DNA of 64,000 bases, from positions 29,833 to 93,832 of the forward strand of contig JAFTJA010000012.1 in NCBI GenBank assembly GCA_017456605.1. Direction: 5' to 3'. A program made the translations under genes and the position numbers. The stretch comes from Clostridia bacterium (GTDB lineage: Bacteria > Bacillota > Clostridia > Monoglobales > Monoglobaceae). The notes under the pieces were generated by a model. It made no database searches and was not told the DNA's origin. It saw nothing but the letters and a program-made list of their open reading frames with translations. Below are positions 49,347-57,006 of the stretch, piece after piece. Numbering within the stretch: position 1 is the first letter of the stretch; each line of letters begins with the position of its first letter.

Positions 49347-50096
49347 ATGGAATGGAATAAAAAACAAAAATTTCAGATTGCGATGGCAGTAATGGTGTTT
49401 GTCCTTGTGTTTGCCATAACCTGGCAAATTAAAGGCGTGAGAAAGACCAATGCGGTGGAAAGCCAGATTTCAAACAGAGTTGAAACACTTCAACAGGACT
49501 ACAAGGCAGAGCTTGACAAAAATGAAGATTTGCTTCAGCAGGTTTTGGAGCTCCAGAATGATTTGGCAAAATACAGAGAACAGATTACTGAGAGCGGTGG
49601 TGCTGCAAAAATCCTCAAGGAGGAGCTCAACCGTGCAGAGACTATGGCGGGACTTACGGATGTTACGGGTAGCGGTATAATTGTGGTTATCAAAGATGGT
49701 AACGGACAAAAAGTGGATTCAGCACTTTATAGTGACGGATATGGCATTGTGCACGATACCCTTCTCCTGACTACTCTCAATGAACTTCGTGCGGCAGGGG
49801 CGGAGGCACTTTCAATTAACGATGAAAGAATCTTGGCAACCAGCGAAATCCGCTGTGCTGGACCTACTGTGAGTGTAAATAACACAAAGCTTGCGGCACC
49901 TTTTGAGGTAAAGGTAATAGGAAACCCAGATACCCTTGAAAACGCATTGAGAATGCCGGGCGGTGCAATTGACGAAGCGGGTTTTTATGGCGTGGATGTG
50001 ACCATCAAAAAGAGCAACAAGCTTATGATAAAAAAATATACAGGGGCAGGTAGCTTTAAGTATGCACAGACAGCCCAGCCGGAGGTGACCGAATGA
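49347..50096 (+). CDS. DUF881-domain protein (YlxW/YlxX-like)
   Basis: N-terminal TM, coiled coil, then the DUF881-like core (GSGIIVVIKDG..., LRAAGAEALSINDERI). Sits at the position held by ylxW/ylxX in B. subtilis. Confidence 0.7.
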   Translation: MEWNKKQKFQIAMAVMVFVLVFAITWQIKGVRKTNAVESQISNRVETLQQDYKAELDKNEDLLQQVLELQNDLAKYREQITESGGAAKILKEELNRAETMAGLTDVTGSGIIVVIKDGNGQKVDSALYSDGYGIVHDTLLLTTLNELRAAGAEALSINDERILATSEIRCAGPTVSVNNTKLAAPFEVKVIGNPDTLENALRMPGGAIDEAGFYGVDVTIKKSNKLMIKKYTGAGSFKYAQTAQPEVTE

Positions 50097-50581
50097 TGTT
50101 TTTTGCAGTAGCAGGGCTTCTTGGTATACTTCTAGGCCTTTTGATACCTTACAATCTTTCGTCCGCAACCCTTCCTTATGTTGCGGTTGCTTTGGTCGCG
50201 GCGCTTGACTCTGTGTTTGGTGCTTTGCTTGCGAACCTTAACAAAAAGTTCAATTCAAACGTTTTCATGATGGGACTTGTTTCAAACGCAATCCTGGCTG
50301 TGCTTTTGACTTATGTGGGCGACTTACTTGGAATTCAGCTTGATTTTGCAGCTATTGTGGTGTTTGGCGTAAGAATATTCAACAATATGGCGGCAATCAG
50401 AAGAATAACCTTTGATATCTATTTTGAAAAAAGAGCCAGAGAAAAAGAACGCATAAAAAGATTGGCACTTAAAGAAGCCGACAGCGGTGAAAATGAAAAT
50501 CCGGAAGACCTTGAGATTGAGCAGAAAGAAGAAAAAACAGAAGATGGAGAAAACGAAAAGCAAGTGACGGAAGAAAATTGA
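50093..50581 (+). CDS. sbp: Small basic protein Sbp (DUF1290) with an acidic C-terminal extension
   Basis: ATGA overlap with the DUF881 gene. Membrane core LPYVAVALVAALDSVFGA...NAILAVLLTYVGD matches the recalled DUF1290 pattern. Confidence 0.7.
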   Translation: MMFFAVAGLLGILLGLLIPYNLSSATLPYVAVALVAALDSVFGALLANLNKKFNSNVFMMGLVSNAILAVLLTYVGDLLGIQLDFAAIVVFGVRIFNNMAAIRRITFDIYFEKRAREKERIKRLALKEADSGENENPEDLEIEQKEEKTEDGENEKQVTEEN

Positions 50582-50611
50582 CGGATGCTTTACAAAATAG
50601 GATGTTTTCTC

Positions 50612-50640
50612 TTGACAGAATTAAAATTAAATGCTAAAAT
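50612..50640 (+). promoter_or_regulatory. Sigma-A-type promoter upstream of ftsZ
   Basis: TTGACA - 17 nt - TAAAAT. Confidence 0.6.
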
Positions 50641-50780
50641 GAAATATAAGTGTGGAAAAGTAACTTTTTTCAAAAGCTACAGATGATTTTACATAAAAAA
50701 CGAGTAAAAAGAGCATCGCAGATCTCTTGTTGATTGAACAGGCGATGGAAAGGCTCTTTAAAAAGATAGGAGGAATTATT

Positions 50781-51959
50781 TTGTTCGAGTTTGATAACGA
50801 AATGGCAGGCCCGGCTAAAATAAAGGTTGTCGGTGTCGGCGGCGGCGGAAACAATGCTGTAAACCGAATGATTGAAGCTGAAGTTCAGTGCGTTGAATTT
50901 ATCGCAGTTAATACGGACAAGCAGGATTTGGGTCTCTCAAAAGCGGCACAGAAAATCCAGATTGGTTCAAAAATAACAAAGGGTCTTGGCGCAGGTGCTG
51001 TTCCTGAGGTTGGTGCAAAGGCGGCAGAAGAAAGCCGTGACGAGATTGCTCTTGCACTTCAGGATGCTGATATGGTTTTTGTTACAGCCGGTATGGGCGG
51101 CGGCACAGGTACAGGTGCGGCTCCGATTGTTGCTGAGATTGCAAAAGAACTGGGCATTTTGACAGTTGGTATTGTTACAAAACCTTTCTGCTTTGAGGGT
51201 GCAGTTCGTGCAAGAAATGCTGCAGCAGGAATTGAAAATCTTAAAAATTCTGTTGATACTTTGGTGGTTATTCCAAACGACAAGCTCCTTGAGATTGCCG
51301 AAAACAGAACACCTCTTACTGAGTCCTTCAAAATGGCTGACGATGTATTGAGACAGGGCGTTCAGGGTATATCCGACCTTATTTCAAGACCCGGACTCAT
51401 CAGCCTTGACTTTGCGGACATCAAGACAATTATGAAAAATACGGGCTATGCTCATATGGGTATTGGCAAAGCGACAGGTGAAAACCGTGCTGCTGATGCT
51501 GCCGCAAAGGCTATCAACAGCCCGCTTCTTGAAACTTCAATCGCGGGTGCAAAGGGCGTTATTTTGAACATTACCGGCGGCAGCGACCTTGGTATTCTTG
51601 AAATCCAGACAGCATCACAGATAATCACTGAGGCTGCAGATGCTGATGCAAACATCATTCTTGGTGCAATCATTGATGAAACTCTGGGCGATGAAATTCA
51701 GGTTACTGTTATTGCGACAGGTTTTGACGGAAGAGGCACATCAATTCCTTTGGGAAGAGTTAGCTCACCTTTTGCAAAAAATGAGGGAAAGGGTATTTTC
51801 GCAGCAATGAAAGAAGAACTTCAGGAAAAGAAGGTTGAAGCTGCTGAACCTGTTCCCGCAGAAGTGGTTAAACCCGTAGAAAAAGCAACACCTTTTTACA
51901 AGGTAAGTGAGGATGACGGCATTGACGTTCCCGTGTTCCTCCGCAAAAATCAGGATTAG
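50781..51959 (+). CDS. ftsZ: Cell-division GTPase FtsZ
   Basis: Probable TTG start 7 nt after AGGAGG, giving (M)FEFDNE.... [27 protein letters not shown], and a C-terminal DIPVFLR-type peptide (IDVPVFLRK). The ORF track begins at 50727. Confidence 0.93.
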   Translation: MFEFDNEMAGPAKIKVVGVGGGGNNAVNRMIEAEVQCVEFIAVNTDKQDLGLSKAAQKIQIGSKITKGLGAGAVPEVGAKAAEESRDEIALALQDADMVFVTAGMGGGTGTGAAPIVAEIAKELGILTVGIVTKPFCFEGAVRARNAAAGIENLKNSVDTLVVIPNDKLLEIAENRTPLTESFKMADDVLRQGVQGISDLISRPGLISLDFADIKTIMKNTGYAHMGIGKATGENRAADAAAKAINSPLLETSIAGAKGVILNITGGSDLGILEIQTASQIITEAADADANIILGAIIDETLGDEIQVTVIATGFDGRGTSIPLGRVSSPFAKNEGKGIFAAMKEELQEKKVEAAEPVPAEVVKPVEKATPFYKVSEDDGIDVPVFLRKNQD

Positions 51960-51996
51960 TTTTAAAGCGAAGCAATATTAAGGAGGAAATTTTAAA

Positions 51997-52410
51997 ATGC
52001 AAACAGCTTTGATTATTATTCAGGTTATTATTTCTGTTATACTTATCATAACAGTTTTGATGCAGTCAGGAAAACAGCAGGGCCTTTCAGGGGCTATCGC
52101 AGGCGGTGCAGAGACTTTCTTTGGCAAAAACAAAGGCAGAACTATTGACGGAGTTCTCAAAAAAGTGACAACTGTTGTTGCGGTTTTGTTCGTAATCAGC
52201 TCTATCGCTTTAGCAACATATGCAATCAACAAGAGCAATGCAGAACAGGCAGCTTTGGAAGAATCCGCTCAGGAAGAAAACGCTGAGCAGATTGAAGCAG
52301 GACTTGACGAAAACGGAAATCTCGTTGACGCAGACGGCAACATTCTTATGACAGCTGAAGACTTGGCAGCTTCACAGGCACAGAGCCAGGAAACAGAGAC
52401 TGCTGAATAA
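51997..52410 (+). CDS. secG: Preprotein translocase subunit SecG with an acidic C-terminal extension
   Basis: Two TM helices flanking LMQSGKQQGLSGAIAGG. AAGGAGG RBS. Confidence 0.85.
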   Translation: MQTALIIIQVIISVILIITVLMQSGKQQGLSGAIAGGAETFFGKNKGRTIDGVLKKVTTVVAVLFVISSIALATYAINKSNAEQAALEESAQEENAEQIEAGLDENGNLVDADGNILMTAEDLAASQAQSQETETAE

Positions 52411-52431
52411 TTAAAATTCAAACAAAAAAAG

Positions 52432-52460
52432 AAACCGTCCCAAAAGGGACGGTTTTTCTT
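52432..52460 (+). terminator. Intrinsic terminator after secG
   Basis: aaaccgtccc-aaaa-gggacggttt followed by a T run. Confidence 0.8.
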
Positions 52461-52522
52461 GAAATATGGTAAAGCATATTCGGTATTCAGATGGGCAAAA
52501 TAATAAAAAAGGAGGATGCTTT

Positions 52523-54580
52523 ATGACACTTCTTGACATACTTGCAAATTTTCATATAATGCCACAGTTTCCTCCGGGAGCGATGCGGCAAGCAGAAAAA
52601 ATGCCAAAAACCGTTAGCCAGCAGGACAAGCTGGGGCGGCGTGACCTTTCTGACAAGAGTATTATCACCATTGACGGCGATGATGCCAAGGATTTTGACG
52701 ATGCGATTTCCATTGAGATTCTTGAAAATAGAAACTATTTGCTTGGTGTTCACATAGCGGATGTTACTCATTATGTCACCGAAAATTCGCCAATAGACCG
52801 CGCAGCCTTTGCTCGTGGGACAAGTGTATATCTTATTGATACTGTTGTTCCTATGCTGCCGTTTGAACTTTCCAATGAACTTTGCAGCCTGAAACCAAAT
52901 GTGGAGAGGCTTGCGGTGTCGGTATTTATGGAAATAACACCATCGGGCAAGGTGGAGAATTATGAAATATGCGAAAGCGTGATTGTGTCAAAGGCTCGTA
53001 TGACTTATGCCAATGTTACAAAAATTCTGGAGGGCGACAAAACTCTTTGTGAAAAATATTCACAGCTTATTCCAATGCTGAAAATGATGAAAACTCTCGC
53101 AGATATTTTGAAGAAAAAGAGAGTGGCAGAGGGCTCGGTTGAATTTGAAACTCACGAATCAAAAATCACTCTTGACAAAGACGGAAAGCCCGTGAAGGTA
53201 GAACGATACCCAATCACAATTTCAAATGACATAATTGAAGAGTTTATGCTCATATGCAATGTTACCGTGGCGACTCACCTGACAAAACAGGGGCTTCCCT
53301 GCGTTTATCGTGTCCACGAAAAGCCTGACCTTTTGAAGGTTCAAAGACTTGGCGAGGTTTTGCCGCTTCTTGGTGTGGACTTCACTCTCAGCCCTGAAAT
53401 CAGGTCAAAGGACTTTCAGGATATTTTGAAGTCGGTCAAAAATGAGGAAAAAGCAGAGGTTATCAACTATTTATTGTTGCGCAGTATGGCGAAAGCAAAA
53501 TACAGAGAAACAAATCTCGGCCATTTCGGCTTGGGGTTTGGATGCTACTGTCATTTTACGTCACCTATAAGGCGTTATCCTGATATGATTGTTCACCGGA
53601 TTTTGAAAGAGAGTCTGAAGGGTGGACTTTCTGAAAAACGCAAGGGACATTTCAAAGAAGTTGCGGTCAGCGCGTCAATAACTTCTTCAACAACAGAGAT
53701 AAATGCAGCAGAAGCAGAACTTCGGTGGAAAGCGGTTAAGAAAGCGGAATTTATGGCTGACAAGATAGGCGAAAAGTATGACGCAATTATCACTCACGTT
53801 ACAAATTCCGGATTTTTCGCGGAACTTTCAAATACGGTTGAGGGGTTTGTGGCGGCGAGAACTTTGATGGATGATGTATATGTTCTTGCCGAAAACGGTG
53901 TGGCGCTTCAAGGACTCAAAACAAAACGCACCTTTTGTATCGGCGACAAAATAAAAATCAAGGTGGCAGCGGTTGACCTTGAAAAGCTGTTCATTGATTT
54001 TGAAGCAGAGGGCACGGGCATTTATCGGGTTATGCAGAGAAAGTCCGGGCGAAAAAGCTCTCACAAAAAGGATATAGGCAAAAAAGAGAAACGCATCTTG
54101 AGGGAACTTTCCAAAACACAAAAGGAAGAAAAAGCTGAAAAAAGTGAAATGCGGAGAAAGGCAGAGACAGAAAAACAGATATTTGAAAATGCATTGATTT
54201 CTGTGATTTTCGACGAGCTACAAGGGTTGTACAAATTTAAACGTGCTGAAAAAGGCATGGTTGGGGTTATGCTTTTTGATATGGCAGCAAATATTTCCCA
54301 ACCGTGTCTCAAAAGCTCGCTTGATAAGGATGCTTCGTTGGATTTAGAAAGAAGTCTTGTGTCGGGTGCTGCGACTTTAAAGAATACGCTGAATATCATA
54401 GCGGACAGCTTTGAGTTTTCTCTTGAAAACAGCGTAGTGGAATTTTGTGTTTCTTACACAAAGCTTGCGCTTTCGCATTTTGAGAAATGCCTCAGGAATG
54501 AAGATTTAAGCTATACAAAGCGCGAAAATGAGTATTTAAAGATTTTGAAAAATTTGCAAAAGAAAGGTGGCAAAGGATGA
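52523..54580 (+). CDS. rnr: RNase II/R-family 3'-5' exoribonuclease lacking N-terminal cold-shock domains, with an extra C-terminal region
   Basis: ATG 52523 after AGGAGG. RNB motifs (TIDGDDAKDFDDAIS, HFGLG...YCHFTSPIRRYPD), S1 domain (GEKYDAIITHVTNSGFFAEL), basic stretch, then a ~130-aa unrecognised helical tail. Confidence 0.85.
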   Translation: MTLLDILANFHIMPQFPPGAMRQAEKMPKTVSQQDKLGRRDLSDKSIITIDGDDAKDFDDAISIEILENRNYLLGVHIADVTHYVTENSPIDRAAFARGTSVYLIDTVVPMLPFELSNELCSLKPNVERLAVSVFMEITPSGKVENYEICESVIVSKARMTYANVTKILEGDKTLCEKYSQLIPMLKMMKTLADILKKKRVAEGSVEFETHESKITLDKDGKPVKVERYPITISNDIIEEFMLICNVTVATHLTKQGLPCVYRVHEKPDLLKVQRLGEVLPLLGVDFTLSPEIRSKDFQDILKSVKNEEKAEVINYLLLRSMAKAKYRETNLGHFGLGFGCYCHFTSPIRRYPDMIVHRILKESLKGGLSEKRKGHFKEVAVSASITSSTTEINAAEAELRWKAVKKAEFMADKIGEKYDAIITHVTNSGFFAELSNTVEGFVAARTLMDDVYVLAENGVALQGLKTKRTFCIGDKIKIKVAAVDLEKLFIDFEAEGTGIYRVMQRKSGRKSSHKKDIGKKEKRILRELSKTQKEEKAEKSEMRRKAETEKQIFENALISVIFDELQGLYKFKRAEKGMVGVMLFDMAANISQPCLKSSLDKDASLDLERSLVSGAATLKNTLNIIADSFEFSLENSVVEFCVSYTKLALSHFEKCLRNEDLSYTKRENEYLKILKNLQKKGGKG

Positions 54581-55308
54581 AAACTGTTTTGATTACTGGT
54601 GCAGCACGGGGGATAGGCCGTGCCATAGCTAGGAAGTTTGCAAGCGAGGGCTATGCTGTTGCGATAAATTACAACAAAAGCAAAGATGAGGCAGAGCAGC
54701 TCAAAAAAGAATTGATTGAAAAAGGTGCAAAAACAGAGATTTTATGTGCAGATGTAGCGGACGCAGATGCTGTTTCAAAAATGGTTGAGAATGTAACCAG
54801 TATATTCGGGGACATTGATGTTCTGGTCAACAATGCAGGAATTGCGCTCCCTCAGGGACTTTTTTCGGATGTGCCGGAGTGCGATATGAAAAGAGTTTTT
54901 GATGTGGATGTTTTTGGCTTGATGAATTGCACAAAGGCGGTTATTCCTCAAATGGTGAGAAGAAAATCCGGAAAAATCATAAACATTTCATCCATCTGGG
55001 GAGTTTGCGGCGGTTCGTGTGAAACTGTATATTCTGCGGCAAAGGCGGCGGTGATTGGGTTTACCAAAGCATTGGCGAAAGAGCTTGGCCCATCGGGGAT
55101 AACGGTAAATTGCATTGCTCCGGGGCTTATTGATACAGATATGAACGGACATTTGTCAGAGGACGATATTGACGATTTTTGTCAGGATGTGCCCCTTGGA
55201 AGAATGGGAAAACCTGAGGATGTGGCGAATGCGGTTTGGTTTTTAGCATCCAATAGTGCTGATTATATGACCGGTCAGGTCTTAAATGTTGATGGCGGGA
55301 TGATATAA
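54577..55308 (+). CDS. SDR-family oxidoreductase (FabG-like)
   Basis: TGAARGIGRAIA, NNAG, YSAAKAA. ATGA overlap with the upstream gene. Confidence 0.85.
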   Translation: MKTVLITGAARGIGRAIARKFASEGYAVAINYNKSKDEAEQLKKELIEKGAKTEILCADVADADAVSKMVENVTSIFGDIDVLVNNAGIALPQGLFSDVPECDMKRVFDVDVFGLMNCTKAVIPQMVRRKSGKIINISSIWGVCGGSCETVYSAAKAAVIGFTKALAKELGPSGITVNCIAPGLIDTDMNGHLSEDDIDDFCQDVPLGRMGKPEDVANAVWFLASNSADYMTGQVLNVDGGMI

Positions 55309-55312
55309 CAAA

Positions 55313-55342
55313 AAGGCAAAGAACTTTTGTTCTTTGCCTTTT
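55313..55342. terminator. Bidirectional intrinsic terminator (SDR gene / mgtE)
   Basis: Perfect 12-bp stem aaggcaaagaac/gttctttgcctt with a tttt loop and A/T runs on both sides. Confidence 0.8.
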
Positions 55343-55356
55343 AAATTTACTTAAAA

Positions 55357-56715
55357 TCAGATAGGTAAAAAGCTCATTGCAATTTCAAAGTAGATAAGAA
55401 GTGAAATAGCGTCGACTATTGTGGTGACAAAGGGACTCGCTGTGACTGCCGGGTCAAACCCTAAACGTTTAACAAGAATTGGCAGACCGCCGCCCACGAG
55501 CTTTGCGCAGATTACGGTGACAAGAAGTGTCAGGGAAACAATGGTTGAAATAATTACGGGGTCTTGCCCTGATGAGAGAATTGTGCCATAGTCAATGAGC
55601 ATCATTTTTCCAAAGTTCACAACTGCCAGAGCCGTTCCGCAGAGAAGCGCGGTGAAGAACTCCTTGCGCAGAATTTTGAAAATGTCTTTCATAGAAATAT
55701 CGTTAAGTGAAAGGCTTCGTATTATGGTAACAGAAGCCTGCCCGCCGGAGTTTCCGCCGGTTCCCATCAGCATAGGAATGAAAGCTGTGAGGACTACACA
55801 TACAGAGAGCATACTTTCAAAGGAACTGATGATTTTTCCTGTAAAGGTTGAAGAAATCATAAGGAGCAAAAGCCATGGGATTCTGTTTTTGAAAGTATCC
55901 CATACTGAGGTCTTGAGGTATGGCTTTTCAGAGGGCAAAATAGCCGCCATTTTTTCAATGTCCTCGGTGTGTTCCTCCTGAATAACGTCGATGACATCGT
56001 CAAAGGTGATGATGCCCACAAGCCTTGTTTCTTTGTCAACCACCGGCATAGCCAAAAGGTCGTACTTGCGGAAGAGGTTTGCAACGTTTTCTTTATCTTC
56101 AAAGGTGTCAACAAAGATTACATTTGTTTCCATCATTTCACCGATTTCTTTGCAGTTGTTGCAAAGAAGCAAATCTTTCACTGTGGTGAAGCCAAGGAGA
56201 TGCCGGTTTTTGTCTGTCACATAGCAGGTATAGATGGTCTCTTTGTCCACCCCGGTTGCACGAATTCTGTCAAAAGCCTCGGCAACTGTCATATCAGCTT
56301 TGAGGTTTACATACTCAATGGTCATAATGCTTCCGGCGCTGTCTTTTGGATAGTTAAGAATTTTATTTATTTCAGACCTTGTCTGGGGGTCTGATTGCCG
56401 CAAGATTCGCTTGACCACATTGGCGGGCATTTCTTCAATAATGTCAACCGTGTCGTCAACATACATTTCGTCAAGGACGTCACGAAGTTCTTTGTCGCTG
56501 AAGCATTTTAAGAGATGCTCCTGAGTGTCCGGGTCCATTTCAACAAAGGTATCTGCCGCAAGCTCTTTTGGGAGAAGCCTGAAAAGGCGCAGAACGTGTT
56601 CTTCTGGAAGCTCGTCATACATCAATGCAATATCAGGGGCGTTCATTTCAGAGAGGGTATTTCGCAGTTTAACAAATTCCTTATTTTCAATTAGTGTCAA
56701 AATTTCTTCAATCAT
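55357..56715 (-). CDS. mgtE: Magnesium transporter MgtE
   Basis: MgtE N-domain, two CBS domains, TM domain with the GTGGNSGGQ motif. ATG at 56715 follows GGGAGGA; the ORF-track start at 56826 would run into the riboswitch terminator. Confidence 0.92.
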   Translation of the reverse strand: MIEEILTLIENKEFVKLRNTLSEMNAPDIALMYDELPEEHVLRLFRLLPKELAADTFVEMDPDTQEHLLKCFSDKELRDVLDEMYVDDTVDIIEEMPANVVKRILRQSDPQTRSEINKILNYPKDSAGSIMTIEYVNLKADMTVAEAFDRIRATGVDKETIYTCYVTDKNRHLLGFTTVKDLLLCNNCKEIGEMMETNVIFVDTFEDKENVANLFRKYDLLAMPVVDKETRLVGIITFDDVIDVIQEEHTEDIEKMAAILPSEKPYLKTSVWDTFKNRIPWLLLLMISSTFTGKIISSFESMLSVCVVLTAFIPMLMGTGGNSGGQASVTIIRSLSLNDISMKDIFKILRKEFFTALLCGTALAVVNFGKMMLIDYGTILSSGQDPVIISTIVSLTLLVTVICAKLVGGGLPILVKRLGFDPAVTASPFVTTIVDAISLLIYFEIAMSFLPI

Positions 56716-56744
56716 ACAAAAATCCTCCCATTTCAAAATATTTT

Positions 56745-56968
56745 TCAAAAACAAAATCCCTGTGTCAATGCAAAGAACAATGACACAGGGAAAAATATAC
56801 CCAAAGAAAACGATGTCACCGTTCAAGCTTTAGCTTCGCAGGGCGATGAAATTGCGTTAGACGATACCTTGTGTTCGATATTGCCTGTTCAACCATCTTG
56901 TGGTGTCTCCACCATGTCGCGGCAGCAATCCGTATCCCTGTGGTAGCCTTACCTACCGGAATAATCTT
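56745..56968 (-). promoter_or_regulatory. M-box (ykoK) Mg2+ riboswitch with terminator expression platform
   Basis: The minus strand reads ...GGTAGGTAAGGCT...GCTGCCG...GGTTGAACAG...CAAGGT...GCTAAAGCT..., matching conserved M-box blocks recalled from the B. subtilis mgtE leader. It ends in the hairpin CCCTGTGTCA...TGACACAGGG (56758-56790) followed by ATTTTGTTTTT. Confidence 0.85.
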
Positions 56969-56974
56969 TTGTAT

Positions 56975-57003
56975 ATTGTAACTCAAAAATTCTTATTTGT
57001 CAA
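56975..57003 (-). promoter_or_regulatory. Sigma-A-type promoter driving the M-box/mgtE transcript
   Basis: Minus strand TTGACA - 17 nt - TACAAT. The -35 element starts 4 nt past the stop codon of the upstream SLH gene. Confidence 0.65.
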
Positions 57004-57006
57004 TAC

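Noticed and set aside
55357-56826. Long N-terminal extensions given in the ORF track (mgtE to 56826, SLH protein to 59631, YaaL-like to 60921, rnr from 52466, ftsZ from 50727, murE from 40669, murF from 42119)
   Set aside because: In each case an internal start with a good Shine-Dalgarno sequence reproduces the expected family N-terminus. The extension also overlaps a terminator, riboswitch or the upstream gene.
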